Shown: positions 11,270-25,574 of the stretch, piece by piece
Layout: each line of letters begins with the position of its first letter
Numbering within the stretch: position 1 is the first letter of the stretch
DNA from: Pristiophorus japonicus
Taxonomy: Eukaryota
Reading direction: 5' to 3'
DNA length: 45,706 nucleotides
Assembly (NCBI RefSeq): GCF_044704955.1
Contig: NC_091980.1
Span: 104,408,001 to 104,453,706 of the forward strand
Made by a program: the position numbers and the translations under genes
The notes under the pieces: model-generated
The model's database searches: none
What the model saw: the letters and a program-made list of their open reading frames with translations, nothing else
What the model was told of the DNA's origin: nothing

Positions 11270-12979
11270 ATTAATGTTGAAAGTTTACTGTCTTGAATTT
11301 AATGCACTCATTTGTTCTACACTGTGTTCAATCAAACTTGTTATATCCACTCTCAGGAATTACAACAGTTTTCAGGTTGTGAGTACAGATGACATACTAG
11401 ATTTCTGGTGGTTCTTTGTGAATGGGACTAAATAGTTACAGTAAATTCATTAGGTAGAAAATAGCTAGTTTAGTTATTTAATTGTTAAAAGTAGCAATTT
11501 TAGTTTAATTGATTTTTTTAAACAAAACAATGTGGAGTATATATCTTATGGTATCTTAAATTGCAACTCTCGCTTTTCAAAATTAGTTGTGTTTGTACTT
11601 AGTTATTTACAAGATTTTTAAATGTATTGGTGCCTAAATCCAGGCACCAATTAAGTACTTGCAAGATGTTTGCGAGAAGGGGGAAAATTGGCAAGGAAAA
11701 GTTCAAATATGCCCCATTTCTGTTAAGACAAAACAATGGCTACAATTAACATCTGTTACACCGTTATCATCAGTTTGTGCTGAAAATGAACAGGACCTGC
11801 TAATAGATCATTTAGTTGTCTATTCAAAAACTGCCAAATTTTGAATGAGTGCATTAGCTGCATATGAAAAAATGTTTTCTTTGCCTTGTTTTTAAAAAAA
11901 AAAATCTGTTGTCTGCAAGTCAGAAGTAAGGCCATCAGTTATACGCAACAGTTCATCTACCGAAGAAGTGTCATGGTGTAGAGAATTGCTGGATGCAGCA
12001 AGTCACTGTGATGGAGTAGAACTGTTAATCTGTACACAGTGCTTTGATAGTACAGCAGTGTAAACCAGTCAAGTCTTTTGCTGAAAATTGGACTCTGCAT
12101 CAATATTTGTGAGACATGTTGATCTCTAAAATGTTACCATCTGTCACGCGGCAGATTAATGTTTATCTACTACCTCCAACAACATCATTGTATTTTGGAC
12201 ATGCCTCAATTACTCCAAGAGGTGTTGGTTAACCAGATCTTCTTTGCCGATCTATGACAACCAGAATAGAAGTGTTACTGGAATGAGGACAACCTTTCTG
12301 GGGCGAATCTACCAAGGTCAGATAAACTGAAGGTTTCTTTTCTGTGCAAAGCATCGCTAATGGATTGATTTTGGGTATGTGTGCCTTGAGCTTGGTCTGT
12401 TTGTCTGCTATACCAGATTATAGCTTTATCCATTAGGAAGAGCTTGGACTTGCACAGATTACAGTTGGATAGTCTATCGTTTAATTTTATTTTTTACTTG
12501 CCCTAATCTCTGATTTAAAGAGGGGCAATAAGCCAAACACTTGGGACTGTAGTTGTACCATTTTGCTGTTACAAGTATGATTGTCATGTGTATCACCGCT
12601 AGGTGGCATCATTGCATATCTGTGGCCGGCCTTCACCCACACTAAAGCTTAGTTTATATTGAAGCCTGATGTGTAATGTTGAATATTTTTATTCATTGGT
12701 GGATTTAATGTCACTGTCTCATTTTCTAACTGACAGGCATCAACACCAAATATTTCTTTAATTAAAAAGTAATGTGCAGATGTAAACATTTTGAAAATGT
12801 GCTTTTATTTTTACATATATAAACAGGGTAGCAAACAATGCAGCATGCTGCTGGCAGGGGGCGGGGGGGAAGGAAAAAGACAGCTGACTTTGAATTTGGG
12901 TCAGGAGTATATTCGCAGGATTGATCCATGACTCGAGATTGGGTAATTTGTAATGGCAAAATTAGATTTGATTTCATAG

Positions 12980-13620
12980 CCAATCCTCTCTTTAAGCCTG
13001 CTTCTCCATTCCTAGGTTTACCCTGAATTTTCACAGCTTTGAGTTTGTTTAATATCCTTTTTTGTGGAATTTTGTCAAAGGCCTTTTGAAATTCAAGATA
13101 CACAAAGGACTTATCTCAGTCCAATTGGGTTCTCACTTTCTCGACGTTGAATAGTTGGTTAAGCAGGATCTTCCTCTTATGAAGCCATGTTAACTGGTGA
13201 GATTCCAAATGTACAGTTGGTCCTCATGTTAACTCCCGATCATTCTACATTTTACATATAATGAAATTAGTACAAAAGCATTTGTAGTTGCCGGTGACCA
13301 TTTTATCACCTTTTTCAAATATGAACACATTAGCCTGTTTCCAATCTTCCGACATCTCCTCAATGTCCAATGACTCTCGATGATTGTCAGTGCTTCACAA
13401 ATCTCTTTCAACACTCCAGGACAAATAACATCCCTCCCTGTGAATTTGTTTTGATTTCACTTAGCCTGTCTAGGACTTCCATCTCATTTATAGCAAAAGT
13501 AATCATTTTACTCAGGATATCTGTTTTGAAGAGCGCAAGTTGCTCCTATCCCTTGTGAATATTTGGAGTAAGTATTCATTCAGAATATCTACTATTTTGT
13601 GCTTGTCCTCTGGCAAAAAG
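12980..13620 (-). mobile_element. Old degenerate CR1 RT fragment
   Basis: Minus ORF 12762-13103 begins YLEFQKAFDKIPQKRILNKL (RT motif). Confidence 0.65.
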
Positions 13621-13624
13621 ATGC

Positions 13625-13935
13625 CAACAGGTTTGAAACAATCAGTCACAAATGACATCCACTATGGTGCGTAATCCATTCTTGACCTCACTGCAGCTTT
13701 CAGCATGGTCAACCACATTATCCTCCTCCAAGGCCTCTCCTCTGCTGTCCAGCTGTGAAGGACTGCCCTCCAATCATAACAGAGCATCTCCAGGAAAGTC
13801 TTCTCTTTCCACTCCTGCACCATTACCTCTGAAGTCCTCCACAGATCTATCCTTGGCTCCCTACTCTTCCTTAACCTCATACTGCCTCATGGTGACATCA
13901 TCCAAAGACTTAGTATCAGGTTCCACATATATTCT
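13625..13935 (+). mobile_element. Degenerate L2-type RT fragment
   Basis: Decayed LDLTAAF..V.H.ILL, SGVPQGS.L.PLLF and GFH.Y motifs across frames. Confidence 0.55.
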
Positions 13936-13950
13936 TATGTATTGTGAGTG

Positions 13951-14900
13951 GATAAGAAATAAGAGCAGGAGTAGACCATACGGCCCCTCGAGCCTGCTCT
14001 GCCATTTAATACGATTATGGACTCATGTCCACTTTCCCACCTGTTCCCCATAACCCCTCATTCCCTTACAGTTTCTTAACTGATATCACTGTCTTAAATC
14101 AATTCAATCACAGCACTCTGAGGCAGTGAATTCCACAGATTTATAACCCTCAGAACAAATTCCTTATCATCTCAGTTTTAAATGGGCGGCCCCTTATTCT
14201 AAGATTATGCCCCCTAGTTCTAGTCTCCCCTATCAATGGAAACATCCTCTCTGCATCCATCTCTGTCAAGCCCCCTCATAATCTTATACGTTTTGATAAG
14301 ATCACACCTCATTCTTCTAAATTCCAATGAGTAGAGGCCCAACCTACTCAACCTTTCCTCATAAGTCAACCCCCTCATCTCCGGAAGCAACCCAGTGAAC
14401 CTTCTCTGAACTGCCTCCAAAGCAAGTATATCTTTTCGTAAATACGGAAACCAAAACTGCACGCAGTATTCCAGGTGTGGCCTCACCGATACCCTATTAT
14501 AGCTGTAGCAAAACTTCCCTGCTTTTATACTACATCCCCTTTGCAATAAAGGCCAAGATTCCATTGGCCTTCCTGATCACTTGCTGTCCCTGCATACTAT
14601 CCCTTTGTGTTTCATGGACAAGTACCCCCAGGTCCCGCTGAACTGCAGCATTTTGCAATCTTTCTCCATTTAAATAATAACTTGCTTTTTGATTTTTTTT
14701 CTTCCAAAGTGCATGACCTCACACTTTCCAACATTATACTCCATCTGCCAAATTTTTGCCCACTCACTTAGCCTGCCTATGTCCTTTTGCAGAATTTTTG
14801 TGTCCTCACACATTGCTTTTTCTCCCATCTTTGTATTATCAGCAAACTTGGCTACGTTACAATCAGTCCCTTCTTCCTAGTCATTAATATAGATTGTAAA
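13951..14900 (-). mobile_element. CR1 LINE 3' fragment (family A)
   Basis: Minus ORF 14220-14564 contains VRPHLEYCVQFWFPYLRKDILALEAVQRRFT; similar to the reverse complement of 1-899. Confidence 0.9.
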
Positions 14901-15494
14901 TTTTAGGTATAAATTCTTCCTGTTGTGTCTCCAATGTTTTCTGTTTTTATTTGATTTCCAGCATCTGAAGTATTTTGTTTTTTGTGCACAATAACTTATT
15001 TCACTTTAATTAGTGCAATGGAGTATTTTACCCAAAGAGGTACATGGCTCAGTTTAGCATTTCATCCACAGGGCAGTAGCTTTGATAATGAATTACTTTC
15101 ACTCAAGTATTAGATTAGGATCTGAAGTGGGGCTTCAACCCATAATCTTTCGCAGAGACCAGGAATATTACCCACTGAGTCGAGGTGACACTTTTATCAA
15201 ATAGAATCAATATACAAGGTAGTGATTATCATGAAAAATGTCTCCAGTGTTTCAGTTTTAATGTGTGTTTTCTTTAAAAGCAGTGAACTGGTAACTTGTG
15301 TGTCACAGTTATGCACATGTGTAAATTATTAACATTATTGTCCTTCAAACCAACCTGTTCCACTTCAGACCTGAGCCTTTAACCTCTTTTTACACTTCCT
15401 TCTCACGCTTTTTCTCTTTTTCCCTCAATGGTCAGTATCTAACTTGTAAAATTGTTGTGGAGCGCCTTGGGACGTTTTACTATGTTAAAGGCGC

Positions 15495-16083
15495 CCGGCC
15501 TGCGAGCACCATCTGAGCAGGCCGGGGAGCGGAAGGAGCAGCGTGGTGGCCTGGCCCAGCAGTCTGCGCGGCCCCCGGCCTGAGAGCACCATTGGAGCAG
15601 GCCGGGGAGCAATGTGGCGACATACCACTCCAGGGAGCAACAGGTGCTGGAGCAGGAGAGCAATGGCAGCAAAGAGGCCGACGGGATTGGTCATCACCAA
15701 GATCCAGGTTGCTGATTGGAGCACGGGCAGGTACTGCAGGAGCGGCGAGAGATTGTAGAGGGATGTGATCGAGGCCAAGGAGGGGAGAGGGGCCCAGGGG
15801 CCGCCCCACACTGCGATATGTGTGCATACTAGGTCTATGCAGCAGAGCTGGTCTTCAGTCATCTTGGATAACCCTTGCCACTGGACCAAGACCTATGTCA
15901 AGCTCATGTGGTGGCTGATATGCAACTGCCACCACACGTTAAAAAAATCCACGCACTGGCATCTTCCACCCTTCAAGATTTAGTTCGGGACCTGGAATAT
16001 TAGGTCCTTCATTGAAACACGTGTGAACTTTTTGGCGTGAATGCAAGTCATCCTTGACTCGAGGGACTGCCTATGATGATGAT
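15495..16083 (+). mobile_element. Non-autonomous retroposon (SINE-like) with RTE-type 3' tail
   Basis: GC-rich head with internal repeat GAGCACCAT..GAGCAGGCCGGGGAGC; ends GCAAGTCATCCTTGACTCGAGGGACTGCCTATGATGATGAT, matching the RTE 3' end at ~18325-18366. Confidence 0.65.
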
Positions 16084-17391
16084 AAATAAATTATTATTTC
16101 AATACCATTTGATAGTTTAATTAAACTAACATATTTACAATTTTGCACAAGTTTGTAACCTTTTATGATTTTTTAAAAATCCCATTTGGTACCACACTAC
16201 CTGGATCATTCATAATTACAAGACAGAGGCAATTATTAAATCAATTTAGTGATGGAATGGCTTATTTTGGTGGGATATTTCAAATTGGCTTGGGAAAGGG
16301 TTCAACTCATTGGACTGCTTTTCAATACAAGGATTAACAGTTGCTGCAAGAAGTGATAGTCGATGCAGTATTTAGTAGTGAAAACTGAAACCATGGAAAA
16401 TGTGGAGGTTGGAGAGAGCTCAAGTGACAGTGGTCATATCATTACTAGATCTTTTATATGCTACAGCAAGAAGCGATACAAATTAACAAACCAAATTTCA
16501 GTAGAAAAGTTTTTTTTTAATAAACTAAGAAAAACAGAACACAAATTATGCTGTTTGGGAGAGTATATGAACAAACTCTGCATCAACTAGAAGTAGATAG
16601 ATAATGCTAAATCCTAGACACAAGTGGCAGAATGTGGCAAGATTGTGTACGATGGATTTAAAAAAAAATATGGCTCGAGGAAAGAGGGAAAAATCAGGCA
16701 TAATGAATAATTTTCACATCTCCCACTCTGGTGAAACATAACTGCTCCCATGTGCAGACAAAACACATATGGGATATACAGTATGTAAATGAATGTACAG
16801 CCTCCACAAATACCAGGCAATCTTGACCACTTCCTAGAGATCTATTCATCATAATCATCCTTTGGAACACAAACATTTCCCCCTAACACTACCTCTACAA
16901 AGTCACAACTGAAAACGTTGCAACCTCCTTCTGCATGATACCACTCAATCATAGTTTTGTTTTCACTCATTGCATGGACATTAACTCAAACTGTGTGATG
17001 GGAGTTTTTGTCCTCATCAATAACCTTTCTTTATTATCTTAATTTTAGAGATGTGATAAATCCAATCTTAAAAAGATTTTTAATTCACTATTTCTAGAAT
17101 ACCGTTGTCTCAGACATGGGGTGGCCAATGAACACTGCAAATCAGATCAATATATTCAATGATAATTTGTTGACCTTGTGTAGGTGCCATTGCCCATATT
17201 CAGAAATGAATTGGGTTAAAGACCACTTAGTGGTAAAGGCCATCTCTTGAAATGCTAATATATACAGATGAACAAAGAGAAATGATTGTATCTATTATTT
17301 CTGATGGCTGAACCATCAAGGGGAATGTTTGAGAGGAAGACAGTAATGTCTCAATATTAACAACTTTGAGGGGTGAATTAGTGAAACTTAA

Positions 17392-20340
17392 AATTCATTC
17401 AAAGGATGTGGGTGTCATTGGCATAGCCAGCATTTATTGCCCATCCCTAATTGCCCTCAAGGAGTTGGTGGTGAGCTGCTTGCTTGAACCGCTGCAGTCA
17501 GTGTACTGTTGGATAGCACCACACAGCACTGCCCCCCCAGACATCAAGATCCACAGCGCAGCCCTGGACAACGTGGACCACTTTTCATACCCCGGGAGCC
17601 TATTATCAGCAAGGGCAGACATCGATGACTAGGTTTAACACCGCCTCCAGTGTGCCAATGCAGTCTTTGGCCGCCTGAGGAAGAGAGTTCAAAGATCAGA
17701 CCCTCAAATCTGGCACCAAACTTATGGTCTACAAGGCTGTAGTGATACCCGCCCTCCTGTATGGCTCAGAGACGTGGACCATATATAGTAGACACCTCAA
17801 ATCTGCTGGAGAAATACCACCAATGATGCCTCCACAAGATCCTGCAAATCCCCTGGGAGGACAGAAGCACCAACGTCAGTGTTCTCGATCAGGCCAACAT
17901 CCCCAGGATCGAAGCACTGACCACACTACCAGCTCCGTTGGGTGGGCCACATCCGGACACAAGACTCCCAAAGCAAGCGCTCTACTTGGAACTCCTACAT
18001 GGCAAGCGAACCCCAGGTGGGCAGAGGAAATGTTTCAAGGACACCCTCAAAGTCTCCTTGATAAAATGCAACATCGCCACCAACACCTGGGAGTCCCTGG
18101 CCAAAGGCCGCCCTAAGTGGAGAAAGAACATCCGGGAGGGCACTGAGCACCTCGAGTCTCGTCGCCTAGAGCAAAAAACAAGCACAGACAGCGGAAGGAG
18201 CGTGAGGCAAACCCGACTCCCCACCCATCCTTTCCTCCAACTACTGTCTGTCCCACCTGCGACAGGGACCGTAATTCACATATTGGACTGTTCAGTCACC
18301 AGAGAACTCACTTTTGGAGTGGAAGCAAGTCTTCCTCGATGTCAGGGGATTGCCTATGATGATGATATTGGGTAGGGAGTTCTGGGAATTTGACCCAACG
18401 ACTATGAAGGAACAGTGATATATTTCCAAGTCAGGATGTTGTGTGACTTGGAAGGGAACTTGGAGGTGGTGGTGGTGTTCCCATGCATCTGCTGCACTTA
18501 TTCTTCTAGGTGGTAGAGATCGTGGGTTTGGGAGGTGCTGTCAAAGAAGCCGTGGTGACATGCTGCAGTGCATCTTGTAAATGGTACACACTGCAGCCAT
18601 GGTGCACCGGTGGTGGAAGGAGCGAATGGGGCGCCAAACAAGCAGGCTGCTTTGTCCTGGATGGGGTCGAGCTTATGGAGTGTTGTTGGAGTTGCAGTCA
18701 TCTAGGCAAATGGAGAGTATTTCATCACACTCTTGACTTGTGGCGTGTAGCTAGTGGAAAGACTTTGGGGAGACAGGAGATGAATCACTTGCCCATGTTT
18801 GGACCAAGGCTGTAATGAGGTCTGGAGACCGATGGTATGGTAGAACCCAAACAGAATCGGTGAGCAGGTTATTGGTGAGTAATCACCGCTTGCTAGCACT
18901 GTCGACGACACCTTCCATCACATTGCTGATGACTGAGTAGACTGAGGGGATGATAATTGGCTGGATTGTATTTGTCCTGCTTTTTGTTAACAGGACATAC
19001 CTAGGCAATTTTCCACTTTGTTGGGTAGATGCCAGTGTTGTAGCTGTACTGCAACAGCTTGGCTAAGGGCCCAGCTAGTTCTGGAACACCAGGTTTCAGC
19101 TGGGATGTGTTTGCGGGGGGGGCATAGAGTTTGCTGTTTTGAGGAGGTAATTGGCCAGATTGTGTTTGTTCTGCTTTTTGTGGACACGACATACCTAAGC
19201 AATTTTCCACATTGGTGGGTAGATGCCGGTGTTGTAGCTGTACTGGAACTGCTTGGATAGAGGTACGGCGAATTCTGGAACACGTCTTCAGCAGTACAGC
19301 TGGGATGTGATTGGGCCCCATATCCTTTGCTATATTCAGTGCACTCAGCCATTTCTTGATATCACATGGAGTGAATCGAATTGCCTGAAGACTTTCTTCT
19401 ATGATGGTGGGGACATCAGGAGGAGGTTGAGATGGTTCATCCACTCAGCACTTCTGGCTGAGGATAGTTGGAAATGTTTCAGCCATGTCTTTTCCACTGG
19501 TCTCTGCCATCATTGAGGATGGGGATGTTCTTGGAGCCTCTTCCTCCCATTAGTTGTTTAATTGTCCACTACCATTCATGACTGGATGTGGCAGGATTGC
19601 AGAGCTTTGAGCTGATCCATTGGTTGTGGGATCGCTTAGCTCGGTCTATAGAAAAGCTGCTTCCAGTGTTTAGCATGCATGTAGTCCTGTGTTGTAGCTT
19701 CAACAAGTTGCCATCTCATTTTGGGTACACCTGATGCTGCTTCTGCTATGCTCTTCTACACTCCTCATTGAACCAGGGTAGAGTGAGTAATATGCCGGGC
19801 CATGAGGTTACAGAGTGTGGTGGAATAGAAATCTGCTGCTGATGGCTCACAGTACCTCAGATACCCAGTTTTAACTGCTAGATATATTCTGACTCTATCC
19901 CATTTAGCAGGGTGTTAGTGCCACATGGTGTCCTCAGTGTGAAGAGGGGACTTCATCTCCACAAGGACTGGACGCTGGTCACTTCTACCAATACTATCAT
20001 TGTCAGATATATCTTCAACAGGTCGATTGGTGAGGATGAGGTTAAGTACGTTGCTCCCTCGTGCCACAGGCCCAATCTGGCAGCTATGTCCTTTAGGACT
20101 CGGCCAGTAGTGTGATGTTCCCAACTCAGTACATTCTATACCTTAGCTGCCCTCAGTGCTGATCAATATGGAGTACTAATTCATCAGCAGAGGATTCCTT
20201 GCCAATATTTGACCGGATGTCTGGAATAAATGTTGAGAACTAGCAGGGTCAACTAGGATGGGTGTGATTTTATCATGGCTGAATCTGGTGCCTAGGTCAA
20301 TGCCAGGTGGTCCAGCTGGTTTTATTGTTTTTCTAGCAGT
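17392..20340 (-). mobile_element. Degenerate CR1/L2-clade LINE (endonuclease and RT remnants), interrupted by an RTE
   Basis: Minus ORFs contain IRFTPCDIKKWLSALNIAKDMGP, LAKLLQYSYNTGIYPTKWKIA and NVLNLILTN..SIGRSDQRPV (endonuclease SDH-like); internal duplicated segment ~18995-19085 versus ~19180-19282. Confidence 0.75.
17505..18366 (+). mobile_element. RTE-clade LINE 3' fragment
   Basis: VDHFSYPGS, MVYKAVVIPALLYGSETWT, RLPKQALYLEL..GKRTPGGQRKCFKDTLK, terminal C2H2-like CPTCDR...IGLFSHQRTH and a (GAT)n tail. Confidence 0.88.
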
Positions 20341-21194
20341 TTGATACAAGAGTGACTTGCAGTAGAAAATTAACCACATTGCTTTGGGTCTCAAGTCACA
20401 GGCAGATTGGGTAGGAACAGATTTTATCCTGAATGGCAATAGTAAACCAGATCAGTTTTTCCAACAAGCCAGTAATGTTATAGTCACCATTATTGATACT
20501 AGCATTTCCAGATTGTTATTTAATCAACTGAATTTAAACACCTCAGCTGCAGTATTAGTAGGTGATCTTCAACTGAGGCTGTTATGATAGACTCCACTTT
20601 AAGATACAGCAAAAGCTCTATTATTAATTTATTTAACTGGCACATGATAAAGTGCTACCACAATGGTTAAATAAATGCCCACTTATTTGCACATCTGCAA
20701 AAATGAATTATGATATTTTAATGCCTATGACTTTTTAATATGTAAGCTTATTAGACTACACCTTAAAACTTAATAGATTTATTTTTATGGTCTGATTGTA
20801 TGGTACTGTACTTGGCTCCTTTAAATAAATCAGCTTTACAGAATTTGAAACCCAGGCTAATAAAATGCATGAGTGAAACTTGAAATTGATCAACAAAATT
20901 CACCCCCAAAAAAGGCAATCAGAAGGGCTAGACTGCAAGAAAATAGAATGTTACAGATGTTCAATTTACTTTATCTTACCAGTTGAAGCACTGGCTACAG
21001 CAATATTGGTATCTTACAATTGAAGTCTGTTTACTGGAAATTCAACTGACTACAGACTCAATAGATGTCTCAAATATAGGGAAGGGCAAAGCACCTATAC
21101 AAAATATTTAAGGTGCGTTGCAATTAATATTGCAACACAAGATGAGCTAGTTACACCACCAATTCCTTTGTGAATATTCAACAGTAAAGAGTTT

Positions 21195-21421
21195 GAGGGT
21201 TGTAAATCTGTGGAATTCTCTGCCCCAGAGAGCTATGGAGGCTGGGTCATTGAATATATTGAAGGCAGAAAGAGACTGATTTTTGAGCAATAAGGGAATA
21301 AAGGGTAATGGGGAGCAGGCAGGGAAGGAACAGAGTCCATGATCAGATCAGCCAGGATCTTATTAAATGGTGGGTCAGGCTCAAGGGGCCAAATGACCTA
21401 CTCTTGCTCCTATTTCTTATG
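21195..21421 (+). mobile_element. CR1 family A short 3' end
   Basis: GAGGGTTGTAAATCTGTGGAATTC...CCTATTTCTTATG matches ~668-890. Confidence 0.8.
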
Positions 21422-24400
21422 ACACTGCACCCAAGAGCCCAAGTGATTCACAACTGGCTGGGGAAGAATTTAACCTGGCCTTGTGTACTGAACACTCCCT
21501 GGCATTAGTCACATGCATTCTCTTTTGCACCAATTACATCATTCTAAGAGTATCAAATTTCAACTGTGGTTGAAATTGGACAGAAGAGCTACTGGCCCAG
21601 AAATTGCAGTTAGAAGCTTCCCATGGACAGATGCCTCAGATCTGAAAAGTGTCTACGAATCTCCGGTAATCCAGGAGGTTCAGAGACATGTGGCCTTGGG
21701 CCTTTACATGAATGCCCTTGTAGAGTCCCACTTATCCCAGGGACTTGGGCGCTTTGCACCCTTCGCTGGGATCACATGGGCCAGCCCAACCAATCCAAGT
21801 AAGAGTATTCTGTACAGCACAAGTATGAATGGGAATACCCCAAAAACAAATTTAAATTCCATTTTGATTAAAATATGTACATTTACCAAAATTTGTTAAA
21901 GGGTCTAAGGATTTTAAATTGTAAATTATTGAAAAAATGTCTCCTTTAATTATGCTGATAAAAGCAGTCATAAGAATTTGAAGAGCATTTGCTAGGCAGA
22001 AGCACCCAACTGAAGATTGACAGATGGCAAGTTCCGGCAGCTGCACTTTGCATGCCTAAACCCAGAACTTGCAGGACCCTGACACCCGTACCTCGTACAT
22101 AGAAGATTTCAGGGCCATTGGATATTCCAGCTGGTGTAGTTAATTGTGCAGACAGGTGGTGGATAAGTGAAGTCAGTGTTGGAGATTTTTTTTTTTTTTT
22201 TTTTAAATTCCACACGGGTTGTAAACTGGTTACTTCAATAAGTGATGTGATAATCTAAAACAAGATTTATTCAATTACGAACTGTTGGAAATACACAGCA
22301 AATCAGCCATGTGGAGAATGGGTAGGTTAGCATTTTGGGAAAAATCCTGCCCAGCACTGAAGACTGTGCCCAAGGAGAAAGGGGGAGAATTCCAGCACAG
22401 AAATTGAATTAATTAGGTTGAATTATCTTCAACCTGGTTAAAAATGAGTAGTCAAGTAACTGAAATATGAACTTGCATTTATTTGGAATAAGCACACAAA
22501 AAAGTTTAAAAATGCAGAACCTGGACATGCAAGATCAACAAAGAGGAAAGAAAAATGGAGCAAATTGGAAAATAAAATAGTGCAGATCTGAAATTAAAAC
22601 AAAGTGCAATATCAGAGGGGAAAAAAAAAAAAACAGGCCAACACCAGGGACAAACTTCGGGTCTCTACCACCCACCTCCCCAAAAAGATAGTATTCTTAA
22701 AATCAACCCAATGCTCCTCCCCCAACAAACCTACCCCATATCTGTTTTTCTGCATTAAATTACTTCACAGCACATTCAAATATCAAATCTGAAGTGAAGC
22801 AACTAATGTCAGCATTTCACACAAGTTACCAGAATTAAAAAAGGTAGAACAAAAATAGAAGTTAATTCAGATGAGAATTAAATTTATGGTGGATCCATTA
22901 TGGTATTAACAAAATTTAGTTCTAGAATCTGATTCAAAGTTCTACACTTGCATCAGAATTATTATGCAATGTACACTAAACTAAAGTGCAAGACTAGGTA
23001 CAGCTACAAACTAAAATAATTTGTGCAGCCCAAGTTACAGTATCCAGGTTGATCATGTCTGATGGAGAATTCATGCAATAATGTTTAAATCTGCCCCACT
23101 AAGGGAAGTTGTGTACCAGGAGAAACAAGATTTACAGATGGTAGATCTTGCTTGACATTTACTAGTAAGACTTTAGCAAAACACTGAGCATTACCACAGA
23201 TTACAAGATAGAAAACACATAAAATGGGGTGGGATCATTGAAAGAATCTGAAGTGTTTAACAATCTGGCAAAGTTAAAAGCTGCAAAGATGTGTTAATGA
23301 AGCAGCTCGAGGAGTGAAACAGTTGGCTACTGCAGGGATTGGAGGAGACCATTGTGGTTTTATTAAAAGAATCCAGGAGGAAGGAGCACCAAAGCACTCC
23401 AAATTTGCTGGAATTATAAATAGTGAACAAACAGACCAGTTGCAGAGGTTCATAACTTTAGAATATGGTTTGGACACAGCACACCACTAGGGCACCAGCC
23501 AGGTTGGGCTAATTGCAAGTCCTTTGCAAAAGCAAGCATTGAACCACAGAACTTTACTCAGACTGTACAAACCCAACAACTGCCCAAACCTAGAGTGTAG
23601 CCATCCAGCTAGGTGCACAGCAAGTCAGCTATAGAATGGGGTATAAAACAAGCAATAAAGCCAGCATATTACCTCACATGGTTTACCTGCACATCTGTGG
23701 ACTCCAAACAATGCAAGAAAGGATCGAGATTCCCTGCACAAGGCAAGGGCAAACTGGTCATGGTCACTGCTGATGAGAGAATGACAGAATTCAGTACATC
23801 TGTGGGCCTGAACTAGGAGTCAGACCGTAACAACATTCAGTAGATTTTGGAATGGGCTAACTATGGTGCTAAAATCTGAATACCCAATGTCAAAAGGGTA
23901 AACAAATCTATGGATATCTTTAGCAAGCTCCCACTGTTACTAGCCATTTAGCCAGTTGAAGAGGGATCTGGACAAGCTGGGAGATGTCATTTAACATTCA
24001 AAGTCATGAAGTGGAGGAAGGGAAATTACAGGAAGTTAGTTAGTAGAAACAATCTATAGGAAACAGCAGGAAGACTGGAGATTTGCCTGTAAGCTGTCAG
24101 CATAACATGCAACACTGTTGAAAAGGCAATCTGGGTTCTGGGATGTAAATTCCCAGGAAGTACATTCAGGACCCAGAGTTTGTACGAAGTATAGTTCATC
24201 TTGAAGTTTTCTGTATAGTTTGGACATCTATGGGGGGGGGGGGGGGGGGCAATGAAAAAAAAAGGACATCCTGGCCTCCGAATGAGCACAAGTGAGTGCA
24301 ACTAGATTGATAAATGATTGGTCACTTGTGTTTGGGGGGGGTGGGCAGTGGAATTGTAGGTACTAGGGACTTCTACACTTGCAGTGGGGAGGCAGCTGGA

Positions 24401-24996
24401 GATATTTTTTATTTTATTTTAACAGTTTTAAACCTTGAACTCTGGGATCAAGTTAACAGACGGTCTAGAACAAGAGATTAGTGAAGAAAAATATAAGCAC
24501 ATCCAAGATACAATGTTATGCAGATAGTGATGAATATAGCTAGAATGATAATTTAGAGCATTGTCTGTTTGCACTAAGAGGGCAATGGATTTTTTTTTTT
24601 TAAATCCAGCAGATAGGCATGAAAAAGTTTAGAATTTTGACTTGGAGACTGACCTCAGATGAAAGTGGTCTTTTAATCCTGTACTGTCTTTAGTAATCTA
24701 GAACTGTACAGAACATTCAAACATATGGAAGGGTGGAGAGAAAGTGTTAGAGAAGTATATTGGTACTGTAATGGATAGCCAAAGTCTCCTGGAGATTATC
24801 TTAGGCCAAGAGTTGGAAAATATCTTCAAGAAATCCCCAACCTGCCAAAAATTGGCCACAATTGGCATTAATAACTGGGGAGAGGTACATAATGTTTCAC
24901 CATCCTAAGGTGGGGTGATCATAAACAAACCTGAGAACATCCAAAAGACTTATCAACTGCATGTTTTAAACAGACATTGAACAAACAAAACCAAGT

Positions 24997-25016
24997 TTTA
25001 ATATTTAATTTTTAAT
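24997..25016 (-). terminator. Candidate CLTB polyadenylation signals (ATTAAA cluster)
   Basis: Three TTTAAT on the plus strand ~400 nt past the stop, followed on the minus strand by TTGGTTTTGTTTGTT (GU-rich downstream element). Confidence 0.45.
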
Positions 25017-25402
25017 GAACAGTGTAGTCAACATGATTTTTAAACAAGGGCCAATAGATTGCACTCATAATTCATGCATAAATAGTCATGTGATGCAGCA
25101 CAAGGACAGTGTGGGGATATCAATAATTGAGAAAGTTAAACATTAATCAGATTCAGGAGTGTACGAGGGCAACCATTTTACTGGCCTGCCCAATAACCCA
25201 AGGAATTGGCAACAAACCACACGAACAGTTGGAAAAAAAAAGGGAAAAAAAAATCACTTAACACATCAGATCTTGTAATTTACACTGGTTTGGTCCAAAC
25301 AGGAATGACCAACACTCATCCTTCTATTCTAATGGCCGTCAATTTTGTGGGATGCAACTAGAGCTAGTATGAATGCCCACATTTAAGTGTTATGTAGCAT
25401 GT

Positions 25403-25574
25403 CTAGCGGACTAATGGTGCCTGCTTAAGTGATATCAGTACAGAACGCATACGTGATACATCCTTCGACTGCTTGCTGGTTTTGGGATTGAAATCACAAA
25501 GGCGTGCTACTCGCTCCCATTCTGTGCCAGGTGCATCTTCATTACAATCCTGGACAAAGGCCTCTTCAGCAGCT
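25403..25574 (-). CDS. CLTB: Clathrin light chain (CLTB locus), last coding exon
   Basis: Acceptor TTTCAG; A plus AAEEAFVQDCNEDAPGTEWERVARLCDFNPKTSKQSKDVSRMRSVLISLKQAPLVR*; 172 nt. Symbol assigned by synteny with NOP16-HIGD2A; the sequence alone is CLTA-like. Confidence 0.9.

Noticed and set aside
11660-12760. Unique-looking sequence downstream of HIGD2A as a possible extra gene
   Set aside because: No sustained ORF, recognisable protein motif or convincing exon chain.
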